From: Gammaproteobacteria bacterium
GTDB lineage: Bacteria; Pseudomonadota; Gammaproteobacteria; Eutrophobiales; Eutrophobiaceae
Length of the DNA stretch: 64,000 nucleotides
NCBI GenBank assembly: GCA_965243205.1
Contig: CBDEUK010000001.1
Location: forward strand, 395,828 to 459,827
Direction: 5' to 3'
The position numbers and the translations under genes are program-made. Under the pieces are notes generated by a model. The model had not been told where the DNA came from. It searched no databases and was given only the letters and a program-made list of their open reading frames with translations. Of this stretch, positions 39,223-48,860 are shown piece after piece (position 1 is the first letter of the stretch; every line of letters starts with the position of its first letter).

Positions 39223-40566
39223 TTATTTATACGACTGTTTTGAACGTTGATATTCTTTTTCCTTAAGTTGTTTACGTTTCATATTCCAATTAGCGTCATC
39301 CAATTCCTCAGCATCCATTTCAGTTTCTGCCGCTTGCTGCTCCAATTTCTCAGATTTTAAAAGTCTTGCATTAGAAGACAGATAACCACCTACAGCGCCT
39401 AAAGCAGCCTTAGCCTCTTCAACAAAACCTTCGTCACGAAGTTTTATCGCCTCTTTGTTTTTTTCAACCGCAATTTGCTCCACCGCAGACACCATTACTT
39501 CGCGATTGGTATTGGTTTCTACCTTTGATTTTGAATTTGAAAACTCAGCAGAAGCCGTCGAATTCATTTTAATAGAACGTCCTTGGTAAATATCATTATA
39601 AGCAACATCCACATCAAGTAGTTTTTGTTGAGCGCCATCATTACCTGCAGGCACTTCTACTTCTAATAAAAGATATTTTTCTTGTGAACGATAAAGCTGT
39701 CCAATTTTGGTACGCACCGTTTGACCTAAAATATCCGATTCACGACCAATGACTCTAATCGGTTTAATATCTTGATGACAATGGATTGTAATGATCGCCT
39801 CGTTTCCAACCACTGATAAAGCATTTTGTAATTCTCTATCGAAAATTTGCGCTAAGTCAGTCGCATTTTCAGCGAAGCTATGATTACCATCACTGTAACC
39901 TGCCAAGTCTGTCATTAAGTCTTCATTGTAGCCTAAACCTAAACCTATCGTGGTAACACTAATACCCTCTTTACCCAACGACATACCTAGCTGTGCTAAC
40001 TCATGTGGTGACTTTGGCCCTACATTGGCTAAACCATCTGATAATAAAATTACGCGATTCACATTTTGCTTTTCTAAAAACTTACGAACTTCTCCAGCAC
40101 CTTTACTAACACCTGCAAATAGAGCAGTACTGCCGTTGGCATCGATACGACGAATAGCATTCATGATAGAACGTCTATCCGTTACTCGGGTTGCTGGCCA
40201 AACCACTTCAACCGTATCATCGTAAGCAACGATTGAAACAATATCTTGGCTTGATAATCTTTCTACAGCCATGATTGCAGCTTGTTTTGCTTGCTGCATT
40301 TTCTGACCTTGCATAGAACCAGACTTATCCAAAACAATAGAAAGATTCATTGGTGGACGGTGTTCAACTTCACCAATATCCAAACCCGTTAAACCTACTT
40401 TAATCACAGCCGTTTGTGCTTGTCCTGCTAATAGTACTGGCTGACCAACAGCAACCTTTAATTCAACGGTTTGAGAATTATCGGATAATACAGCCCAGCT
40501 TTGTTGGGATAGTATAGTGAACAAAGCTAAGCCTATAATCGTTACAGTATTTAATAATTGTTTCAT
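39223..40566 (-). CDS. exported VWA domain protein (YfbK-like)
   Basis: Signal peptide, MIDAS DKSGSM, GSTAL, LLSDGLANVG, TIGLG..YNED. Confidence 0.88.
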   Translation of the reverse strand: MKQLLNTVTIIGLALFTILSQQSWAVLSDNSQTVELKVAVGQPVLLAGQAQTAVIKVGLTGLDIGEVEHRPPMNLSIVLDKSGSMQGQKMQQAKQAAIMAVERLSSQDIVSIVAYDDTVEVVWPATRVTDRRSIMNAIRRIDANGSTALFAGVSKGAGEVRKFLEKQNVNRVILLSDGLANVGPKSPHELAQLGMSLGKEGISVTTIGLGLGYNEDLMTDLAGYSDGNHSFAENATDLAQIFDRELQNALSVVGNEAIITIHCHQDIKPIRVIGRESDILGQTVRTKIGQLYRSQEKYLLLEVEVPAGNDGAQQKLLDVDVAYNDIYQGRSIKMNSTASAEFSNSKSKVETNTNREVMVSAVEQIAVEKNKEAIKLRDEGFVEEAKAALGAVGGYLSSNARLLKSEKLEQQAAETEMDAEELDDANWNMKRKQLKEKEYQRSKQSYK

Positions 40567-40648
40567 TTCAGATTCACTCCAAATTTATAATTAACATAGT
40601 CTGTAACGATTACTGTATTAGTTTAGGGTTAATCTCTGGTGAGATTTG

Positions 40649-40675
40649 TGTAAATCAAATGTAAAAAAAATGTAT
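40649..40675 (-). promoter_or_regulatory. OmpR/PhoB-type tandem direct repeats upstream of the VWA gene
   Basis: TGTAA (40649), TGTAA (40660), TGTAT (40671) at 11-bp period, placed at about -35 relative to minus-strand TAAACT (40625-40620). Confidence 0.5.
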
Positions 40676-40757
40676 TCGTACATTCTTAGATATCAATATG
40701 CAGATAATAAAATAAATGATACCTTTCGTCCTTTTTTAGATATGAGATAATGCTCGG

Positions 40758-42785
40758 ATGAGTGAAGTAAAGCGAAAGATTTTAGTAACCAGTGCCCTGC
40801 CTTATGCCAATGGTTCCATCCACATTGGACACTTGGTTGAATATATTCAAACCGATATTTGGGTACGTTTTCAGAAAATGCATGGCCATGATTGCTTGTA
40901 TGTCTGTGCCGATGATAACCACGGCACACCTATCATGTTGAAAGCGCAAAACGAAGGTATTACTCCAGAGCAATTAATCGCCAATATCTACGAAGAACAC
41001 AAAGCGGACTTCGTTGACTTTGCTGTAAATTTTGATAATTACCATCAAACCCATTCTGAAGAAAACCGTGAGTTGTCGGAATTAATCTATACTCGCTTGC
41101 GTGATAAAGGCCATATTAATAAACGCACCATCACTCAATTATTCGATCCTGAAAAAGAGATGTTTTTACCTGATCGATTCATCAAAGGCACTTGTCCTAA
41201 TTGTGGCGCTGAAGATCAATATGGTGATAATTGTGAAGTTTGTAGTGCAACCTATTCACCCACTGAATTGATTAATCCTGTTTCAGCCGTTTCTGGTGCT
41301 ATACCCATTGAAAAAGAATCCGAGCATTACTTTTTCAAACTGCCCGATTTTGAATCATTTCTAAACGAGTGGATTAATGGTGGTCATGTACAACCCGAGG
41401 TGAGTAATAAACTCAATGAATGGTTTGAAGAAGGATTGCAAGAATGGGATATCTCTCGTGATGCGCCCTATTTTGGCTTTGAAATTCCTGATGCACCTGG
41501 TAAATATTTTTATGTCTGGCTCGATGCACCGATAGGCTATTTTGCTAGCTTAAAGAATTACTGTGATAAAAACGGATTAAACATTGAAGATTATTTAAGT
41601 CCTGATAGTGATACAGAGCTTTATCATTTTATCGGTAAAGACATTATCTATTTTCATACTTTATTCTGGCCAGCGATGTTACATGGTAGTGACTTTAAAA
41701 CACCAAACGCCGTATTTGCGCATGGTTTCTTAACCGTTGATGGTCAGAAGATGTCTAAGTCTCGGGGTACGTTTATTAAGGCACGTACATACTTAAATCA
41801 TTTGGAACCAGAATATTTACGTTACTACTTTGCTGGGAAACTAGGTTCTGGTGTTGATGATATTGATTTGAACCTAGAAGATTTTCAAGCCAGAGTAAAT
41901 TCAGATTTGGTCGGTAAGGTCATTAATATTGCTAGTCGTTGCGCAGGGTTTATTAAAAAACGATTTGATAACCAATTAAGTTCTGAAATTCACAACCAAC
42001 AATTATTCGATGAATTTTCTTCCGCCAGCGAATCAATCGCTGAGCTTTATGAAAAACGCGAATTTTCCCGTGCGATGCGTGACATCATGGCTTTAGCTGA
42101 TAAAGCGAATCAGTACATCGATGAATATAAACCATGGGTGATTGCCAAAGAAGAAGGTCGTGATGAGGAGCTACATCAGATATGTTCTATGGGTATTAAT
42201 TTATTTAGAGTACTGGTTACTTATCTAAAACCTGTCTTACCTTTAATCGCAGAAAAATCAGAAGAATTTTTAAATATTGAAGTATTAAGCTGGGATGATG
42301 TGAAATCACCTTTGATAAATCATTCTATCAATAAATTTAAACCATTAATGACTCGTATTGAACAAGAAAAGATTGACGCCATGATTGAAGATAGCAAAGA
42401 AGATTTACAAGCTGCTCAAGCAACTCCGACGAATGAACATTTACAACGTGATCCTATCGCTGCTGAAATTAACTTTGATGATTTTATGAAAGTAGATTTA
42501 CGTGTGGCAAAAATAGTCAACGCAGAACATGTCGAAGGTGCCGATAAATTATTGCAATTAACGTTAGATATTGGTGAGTCGCGAAATGTATTTGCAGGTA
42601 TTAAGTCGGCTTATAACCCAGAAGACTTAATAGGCAAACTAACTGTGATGGTCGCAAACTTGGCGCCTCGAAAAATGCGTTTCGGCATGTCAGAAGGCAT
42701 GGTGTTAGCTGCAGGCCCAGGTGGTAAAGACTTATTTATTATGCATCCTGATTCTGGTGCAGAACCAGGCATGAAAATTAAATAA
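40758..42785 (+). CDS. metG: methionyl-tRNA synthetase
   Basis: [13 protein letters not shown], zinc knuckle CPNC..CEVC, KMSKS, C-terminal tRNA-binding domain. Confidence 0.98.
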   Translation: MSEVKRKILVTSALPYANGSIHIGHLVEYIQTDIWVRFQKMHGHDCLYVCADDNHGTPIMLKAQNEGITPEQLIANIYEEHKADFVDFAVNFDNYHQTHSEENRELSELIYTRLRDKGHINKRTITQLFDPEKEMFLPDRFIKGTCPNCGAEDQYGDNCEVCSATYSPTELINPVSAVSGAIPIEKESEHYFFKLPDFESFLNEWINGGHVQPEVSNKLNEWFEEGLQEWDISRDAPYFGFEIPDAPGKYFYVWLDAPIGYFASLKNYCDKNGLNIEDYLSPDSDTELYHFIGKDIIYFHTLFWPAMLHGSDFKTPNAVFAHGFLTVDGQKMSKSRGTFIKARTYLNHLEPEYLRYYFAGKLGSGVDDIDLNLEDFQARVNSDLVGKVINIASRCAGFIKKRFDNQLSSEIHNQQLFDEFSSASESIAELYEKREFSRAMRDIMALADKANQYIDEYKPWVIAKEEGRDEELHQICSMGINLFRVLVTYLKPVLPLIAEKSEEFLNIEVLSWDDVKSPLINHSINKFKPLMTRIEQEKIDAMIEDSKEDLQAAQATPTNEHLQRDPIAAEINFDDFMKVDLRVAKIVNAEHVEGADKLLQLTLDIGESRNVFAGIKSAYNPEDLIGKLTVMVANLAPRKMRFGMSEGMVLAAGPGGKDLFIMHPDSGAEPGMKIK

Positions 42786-43429
42786 TGACTGCAGCCACTG
42801 TCGAGGACATCGAACGATTATTACCACAAACACAATGTGGTCAATGTGGTTACGATGGATGCAAACCTTATGCAGAGGCATTATCCAAACAAGAAGCCGA
42901 AATCAATCAATGCCCTCCTGGTGGCCAAGAAACCATAAACGTTTTATCAACCCTATTAAACAGGCCTGTTCTAACATTAAACTCTGAATTTGGTGTTGAA
43001 CGAGATTATCTCATAGCAAAGGTTGATGAAGAACAATGCATTGGTTGTGTTAAATGCATTCGTGCTTGCCCAGTTGATGCCATCATTGGTGCGGCTAAAC
43101 AAATGCATATTGTAATCAATGAATATTGTACGGGTTGTGAACTCTGTATTGCACCATGCCCAGTTGATTGCATTGATATGGTTAAACCACCAGAAAAACA
43201 AACCGCTTGGTTCAACGGTTATTCAGAAGATAAAGTTCATATCCGTCTGCAAGCAAAATCGCGTTATGAAAAAAGAAGCAATCGTCTTGCCATCAAGGAA
43301 GAAATTAAACAATTAGAACGTGAAAAGAAACAAGCAGAAAAAGATAAACAAAAAGACTTAAAACAAAAACAATCGTTTATTGAAGCAGCAATAAAGCGTA
43401 GCAAAGCTAGGCGTTCCAGTAGCACCTAA
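42785..43429 (+). CDS. rnfB: RnfB/RsxB-like ferredoxin
   Basis: [22 protein letters not shown], two CxxCxxCxxxCP clusters. Confidence 0.88.
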   Translation: MTAATVEDIERLLPQTQCGQCGYDGCKPYAEALSKQEAEINQCPPGGQETINVLSTLLNRPVLTLNSEFGVERDYLIAKVDEEQCIGCVKCIRACPVDAIIGAAKQMHIVINEYCTGCELCIAPCPVDCIDMVKPPEKQTAWFNGYSEDKVHIRLQAKSRYEKRSNRLAIKEEIKQLEREKKQAEKDKQKDLKQKQSFIEAAIKRSKARRSSST

Positions 43430-43494
43430 ATCTTATAAATCAATATTATCATTGATTGTTTTTTTGTGTATAGTATTTTCTATCGATAGTAACT

Positions 43495-44208
43495 ATGTGC
43501 AATGTTATGACTATTGTTAGAAAACCTTCTGATAATCTAGACTTGGTTATTGAATACCTTGAAAGTCATCCTGACTTTTTTACTCATCAACCTGAGTTAT
43601 TGAAACAGTTAGATATCCCGCATGATCTTGGTGTTAACATTCCTTCACTAATCGAATATCAAGTTAAACAACTTAGACAACAAGATAGTATTTTAAAAGA
43701 TAAACTAAAATACTTTCAGCAACGACATCAATCAGTTTTACAATTATCCGATGTAATTCAAGAACAACAAAATATTATTCTTGAATGTGATTCAATCGAA
43801 AAACTATATGATTCGTTTTATCAATTTCTGAATCAATATTATAGCGTGAATTACTTACTGTATTTTGTTTTTGTAAATAAACGAACATACGAAGACTATC
43901 GAGGTTTACGTTTTAGAAAATCAAATTCTAAAGTCCAGAATTTATTTACCAGCTTATTCAATCACAATAAGCCTTTGTGTGATTGCTTACAGGATGATTA
44001 TCTGGAATTCTTATTTGGTAAAAAAGCAAGCACGATTCGTTCAACAGCTGTATTTCCTGTACAGAATGTAAAGAACGATGGACCAATTGGATTAATGATT
44101 ACAGCAAGTAGAAACGTCGACCAATTTGAGCAAGGATTATCGTTAAACTTATTAAATCAATTGAAATCGTTATTTATTCATCAATTGTTTCGGATTATTT
44201 GGAATTAA
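43495..44208 (+). CDS. DUF484-like protein
   Basis: YLESHPDFFTHQPELL..L.IPH, SLIEYQVKQLR, FLFG....IRSTA. Confidence 0.7.
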   Translation: MCNVMTIVRKPSDNLDLVIEYLESHPDFFTHQPELLKQLDIPHDLGVNIPSLIEYQVKQLRQQDSILKDKLKYFQQRHQSVLQLSDVIQEQQNIILECDSIEKLYDSFYQFLNQYYSVNYLLYFVFVNKRTYEDYRGLRFRKSNSKVQNLFTSLFNHNKPLCDCLQDDYLEFLFGKKASTIRSTAVFPVQNVKNDGPIGLMITASRNVDQFEQGLSLNLLNQLKSLFIHQLFRIIWN

Positions 44209-44219
44209 ATCAGTTTATA

Positions 44220-46070
44220 TCAACTATTCGACTGCCTTACGCCATAGAGCTTCGCATAGAGACCATCTTGTGACAGTAATTCTTTATGACTACCCTGTTC
44301 ACTAACTTGACCAGATTCAAACACATAAACTCGATCAGCTTGTTTTATAGCGCTTAAACGATGCGCGACAATAATTGTGGTACGTTCTTTTAAGAAATCA
44401 CTTAATGCAGTATGCAACTGATATTCGGTTTCAGCATCTAAAGCAGACGTTGCTTCATCCAATATAACAACCTTAGGTTCACTCAGAATCATTCGTGCAA
44501 TCGCTAAACGTTGACGTTGTCCGCCCGATAGACGAACACCTTGTCGACCAACGATCGTATCAAGGCCTTCGGCCATTTTTTCAACTGTTTCTTTAAGTTG
44601 AGCTATCTCTAAGGCTTGCCATAACTTTTCATCATCAAACTCTTTGCCCAAAGTTAAATTAGTTCTTACTGTATCGTTAAACAATGCAGGGTTTTGTAAA
44701 ACGGTTGCCACGTTTTCTCTTACAACATCAAGACCTATTTTATTAACTGGTTTATTTCCGTAATAAACCATGCCAGATTTTGCTGAATATAAACCAATTA
44801 AGATCGATACCATTGTAGATTTGCCACCACCACTAGCACCTACTAATGCAACTTTATCTCCAGCATTGATATCAAGATTCACACCACTTAAAACATCTGG
44901 TCCATCGCCGTATGAAAAATGTATGTCTTCTATATTTATCCCAACAGTGGTTGTATCTTCAAAAGGGTTTTCAAAATGTGGATACTCAGGCTCTTCTTCT
45001 AATTCCATAAGATCATTAATACGTTTTAATGCGGCCTTTGCTGAATAATATGCATACTGAATATTTAATACTTCTTGCACTGGCCCCATCATGAACCAAA
45101 GATATCCAAACACAGCAAACATCTTTCCTATAGTGAGCCCTGAAAAAATCACCATTAACATGGCAACAGCTCTAAACACATCAAAGCCAAACAAAAAGAT
45201 CACAAAACTGAGTTTGCCCGCTGCTTCACTCTTCCAGGCAAACTGACCACTGAAATCTTTCACTGATCTAGCTTGATCGATAATTTGATGAATGTAATGT
45301 TTTTCTCGATTACTGGCGCGTATTTGATGAATAGATTCTAAAGTTTCCGTTAATGATTGTTGAAAAATCGCAAAGGCCGAGTTTTCATCTTTTTTAAGTT
45401 CTTTAACTTTGTTGCCTAAGATCATCGTAAAATAAATGACCAATGGATTAGCAAATAAAATTAATAACGCAAGCTGCCAATGCATCCATAATAAAATGAT
45501 AGCCACACCAATAATGGTTAAAACAGCAACTAATAATTTACTAATGGTCGTACCAACGAATTGATCCACTGTTTCTAAATCCGTCACGAAATACGAAGAA
45601 ACCGTACCGCTACCCAAGGTTTCATATTCAGACATTGAAACGCGTTCTAAACGTTGTAACAAAGCAGCTCGAATTCGAAAAATCACATCTTTGGCAACAA
45701 GGGTGAATTGCCGTGATTGCCAAACATTCAGTACCAGTGATACTAACCTCAAAATTAAGGTAATAAATAATATGGAAATAATGTACAGAGCAGGAACCTG
45801 CCACGTTTCTGGTGTGTAGTTATTTATCGTATTAACAACTGGACCTGGTTGATTCAAAAGAACTTCATCAACCAATAATGGCATCAGTAATGGTAAAGGC
45901 ACACTGGTTATAGTACCCAGTATTGCAATCATATTAGCCAGAAAGATTTCTCGCTTATGTTCTTTAGCTACATTCCAAATATAATTCCAGTTATAGGTAA
46001 CCGGTTTATTTTTTTCTGTTTGAGAAGAAATAATGTCTCTTGATGGGGAATTGTCTAATACGCTACTCAT
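44220..46070 (-). CDS. ABC exporter (fused TMD-NBD)
   Basis: GASGGGKST, LSGGQRQR, ILDEATSALD, VAHRLS. No N-terminal C39 domain. Confidence 0.93.
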   Translation of the reverse strand: MSSVLDNSPSRDIISSQTEKNKPVTYNWNYIWNVAKEHKREIFLANMIAILGTITSVPLPLLMPLLVDEVLLNQPGPVVNTINNYTPETWQVPALYIISILFITLILRLVSLVLNVWQSRQFTLVAKDVIFRIRAALLQRLERVSMSEYETLGSGTVSSYFVTDLETVDQFVGTTISKLLVAVLTIIGVAIILLWMHWQLALLILFANPLVIYFTMILGNKVKELKKDENSAFAIFQQSLTETLESIHQIRASNREKHYIHQIIDQARSVKDFSGQFAWKSEAAGKLSFVIFLFGFDVFRAVAMLMVIFSGLTIGKMFAVFGYLWFMMGPVQEVLNIQYAYYSAKAALKRINDLMELEEEPEYPHFENPFEDTTTVGINIEDIHFSYGDGPDVLSGVNLDINAGDKVALVGASGGGKSTMVSILIGLYSAKSGMVYYGNKPVNKIGLDVVRENVATVLQNPALFNDTVRTNLTLGKEFDDEKLWQALEIAQLKETVEKMAEGLDTIVGRQGVRLSGGQRQRLAIARMILSEPKVVILDEATSALDAETEYQLHTALSDFLKERTTIIVAHRLSAIKQADRVYVFESGQVSEQGSHKELLSQDGLYAKLYGVRQSNS

Positions 46071-46130
46071 GAATATGTTTGATTAATTATTATCCATTTA
46101 TATGTGCACAGCTTATGCCAGTTGCTGCAT

Positions 46131-47120
46131 CTAAGGCAACCATTCTAATGGAGGCTCTTCTAATAAAGCGGCCTGCTCTCTTAAATTCAAAATATGCTCT
46201 TCCCAGTATTTTTGGCTATTGAAGTGCGGAAATGCTAGAGGAAATGCAGGGTCAGTCCAACGTCTGGCGATCCATGCAGCAAAATAGATCAGCCTGTAGG
46301 TACGTAATACTTCAATTAAACCTAATTCCTTAGTATTGAAATGTCGAAACTCAGTATATCCTTCTAAAAAATCGTATAACCGTGCTGTCATGTATTGCCT
46401 ATCACCTGATAAAAACATCCAGATATCCTGAATTGCTGGACCTGTCCGTGCATCGTCGAAGTCTAAAATCATCGGCTTTTCGTCATACCATAATATATTT
46501 CCCGGGTGGGCATCACCATGTAATCTCAGTTGTTGAACATCGCCAATATTGGTTAATACACCTTCTATGCGTTGTACAATATCTTCAATAATCGTTTTAT
46601 AGGTATATTCAAGTTCAGGTGGTAAAAACTGATTGGTAATTAAATAATCGCTTGCCTGTAAGACATAAGACTCCAAACTAATCTCAGGCCGATGCTGGAA
46701 AGAGTCTGTTTCACCAATTGAATGTATGCGAGCAATAAATCGACCAATCATTTTTAAATGCTCGGAATTATCTAGTTCAGGAGGTCTTCCACCAACACAT
46801 GGGTAAACGGCAAATCGATATGCCCCATCATGTAATAATGTATTTCCATTTGAGGAAACTATAGGAGCAATCACAGGTAACTCTTGCTCGACCAATTCTT
46901 GGGTATAAACATGCTCCTCTTGAATTGTTTCATCACTCCAACGCTTAGGTCGATAAAATTTAACCACTATTGGTGCTTGTTCATGCAAACCAATACGATA
47001 AACTCGATTTTCATAACTATTTAACGCCGTTATACATCCATCCGTGTCATAACCGGCCAATTCTAAGATGGTTAAAATTTCATTCGGGCCTAATGATAAA
47101 AAAAGTTCTGATTCATCCAT
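46131..47120 (-). CDS. srkA: stress response kinase SrkA (RdoA/YihE)
   Basis: LNSYENRVY, KFYRP.RWS, RLHGDAHPGN, LDFDD, WTDPAFPLAFP. Confidence 0.93.
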   Translation of the reverse strand: MDESELFLSLGPNEILTILELAGYDTDGCITALNSYENRVYRIGLHEQAPIVVKFYRPKRWSDETIQEEHVYTQELVEQELPVIAPIVSSNGNTLLHDGAYRFAVYPCVGGRPPELDNSEHLKMIGRFIARIHSIGETDSFQHRPEISLESYVLQASDYLITNQFLPPELEYTYKTIIEDIVQRIEGVLTNIGDVQQLRLHGDAHPGNILWYDEKPMILDFDDARTGPAIQDIWMFLSGDRQYMTARLYDFLEGYTEFRHFNTKELGLIEVLRTYRLIYFAAWIARRWTDPAFPLAFPHFNSQKYWEEHILNLREQAALLEEPPLEWLP

Positions 47121-47189
47121 TGCTGTACCATTAACGTTTCTGCATAATTTGTCCAGATATAATTAAAATAATTCAATGACTGTATAATT

Positions 47190-47873
47190 ATGAAACGGCT
47201 AATTCTTATAGCACTATTGTTCACATCTTTTTCGTTGAGTAGCCAAGAAACAGAGCAAGACTTAACGGAACCCAAAAATAATACCGATATATACAAAGCA
47301 TTTTGGAAGAAACTGTATGCAAATGGCGGTTGGTCACTTTATTGTGGCTTTCGATTTAATCAGAATGGTGAGACCGAAGATAAAGGACGAATTCAAATCG
47401 AACGTGTCTATCCTTTGCAATGGATTATTGAAACACTCACGTGCAAAAACCGTTTAGATTGTCATCAATCAGAATCAAAGAAATTTAAAGCCATTGAGTC
47501 AGATTTGCATAATATCTACCCTGTCTGGTGGGAAATACAAAGTACAAAGTTTGATTCAAGTTATGGAGAACTGCCTGGTGAAGAAAAACGTTTTGAAGAT
47601 TGTGATTTTGAAAGAAGTAAAAATATTACTGAACCAAGAGAAATTGCCAGAGGCAATATAGCCCGTGCAATTTTTTATATGCATAATCACTATGGCTTAC
47701 CTATTAAGCCCGAGCTTTTAAAAACTTTACTTAAATGGAATAAAGAAGATTTGCCGAGCGAACAAGAAATCTATCGAAATAATATTATTGAAAAGATTCA
47801 GGGCAATCGAAATCCTTTTATCGATAACCCTAATCTTGTAAATAAACTAAAAATTGTTAAGCGCACTGACTAA
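47190..47873 (+). CDS. endonuclease I (EndA/Vvn) homologue with a degenerate active site
   Basis: Signal peptide, LYCG, ESDLHNIYP, EPREIARGNIARAIFYM, IQGNRNPFI. The EH motif is replaced by ER. Confidence 0.8.
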   Translation: MKRLILIALLFTSFSLSSQETEQDLTEPKNNTDIYKAFWKKLYANGGWSLYCGFRFNQNGETEDKGRIQIERVYPLQWIIETLTCKNRLDCHQSESKKFKAIESDLHNIYPVWWEIQSTKFDSSYGELPGEEKRFEDCDFERSKNITEPREIARGNIARAIFYMHNHYGLPIKPELLKTLLKWNKEDLPSEQEIYRNNIIEKIQGNRNPFIDNPNLVNKLKIVKRTD

Positions 47874-48693
47874 CGCGTTTGATATGCGCGCTTGAAAAGC
47901 TTACACGTTCTCCTTTCTGCTTTAAATATTTGGCTTCTAGATTATATGCCAAGTGTTCTAATTTATTCTTACATGATACTTGTTCGTCATGATCATTTTC
48001 ATATTGAACATAATGAACCAACTCATGCAATAAAATTGATTTACCTTTTTCTGTATTAAGATCAATCGAATCCAACAAATAAACCGTTTTGTTTTTGTAA
48101 TTATATAAACCAAAAATTTGCATATTTTTCTGACTCATTGCTCTTGGCATATCTTTACCAAATGCAATTTTAAACATCTGTCTAGAATTTACTTTTTTCA
48201 CTTCAGGCATATCACCTGTCATTTTAACACCTACACCTTTGACTTCCGCATAAACCCAATTCAAAAGCTCATTAATTTCTTGTTTTTGTTGTGCGTTATA
48301 ATCACTTTCCTCGTGAATTTGTTCTTGGATTGAATAATGATGACTGTGATCATGGTGATGATCATGACTTTTTGTAGCAGCAGCGACGGTTTGAGATAGT
48401 AAAGAAGCGCCTAATACCATCATAGGCATTACCTTCCTTCTTCTATCATTTTTAACCGTTTGGAAAGAGTCCCGTTGGTCCTCTTTTAAGAAAATACTAT
48501 TTTCTTTGGCAAACTGATTAAGTTGCGCAAAAAACACCGGGTTCCTATCACGCAACCCTTTCTTGTAGACAATAGCTTCTTGGCCGTTGATGATACACGG
48601 GTGTACAACGTTATCTGATTTATTGAATTTTTTATTATTCAGAAAAAATAATCTATCAAGCCAACCAAATGATCGAAGTTTTAATTGAGCCAT
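47857..48693 (-). CDS. HExxH-domain protein with an internal signal-like segment and a His-rich linker
   Basis: RRRKVMPMMVLGASLLSQTVAAA, HDHHHDHSHH, GLYN, SILLHELVHYVQ, C..KLE..AY. Confidence 0.65.
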   Translation of the reverse strand: MAQLKLRSFGWLDRLFFLNNKKFNKSDNVVHPCIINGQEAIVYKKGLRDRNPVFFAQLNQFAKENSIFLKEDQRDSFQTVKNDRRRKVMPMMVLGASLLSQTVAAATKSHDHHHDHSHHYSIQEQIHEESDYNAQQKQEINELLNWVYAEVKGVGVKMTGDMPEVKKVNSRQMFKIAFGKDMPRAMSQKNMQIFGLYNYKNKTVYLLDSIDLNTEKGKSILLHELVHYVQYENDHDEQVSCKNKLEHLAYNLEAKYLKQKGERVSFSSAHIKRVSQCA

Positions 48694-48860
48694 TTATCAC
48701 CTTTAACATTAATTTAAGACATAGATAACTTAATCTTTAGCGACTTTAAAACTTTAAAACTTAAGTTTTATTGTCTATTTGAGAGTGGAGATGTGAATAA
48801 GTCGTGGTTTATTTTAAACCACCATTGCAATGTTTTTTTGAATAACCGATATGTTGCTAA

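Noticed and set aside
44220-46070. ABC exporter as the missing T1SS ATPase of the adhesin operon
   Set aside because: It is separated by three genes including one on the opposite strand, follows srkA, and lacks the C39-like N-terminal domain of HlyB/LapB. Action in trans is not excluded but is unsupported.
48755-48825. ACTTTAAAACTTTAAAACT direct repeat and GTGGTTTA-ttt-TAAACCAC hairpin between the M50 gene and the HExxH gene
   Set aside because: Short and AT-rich. The hairpin lacks a clear T tract, so it cannot be called a terminator or operator from sequence alone.
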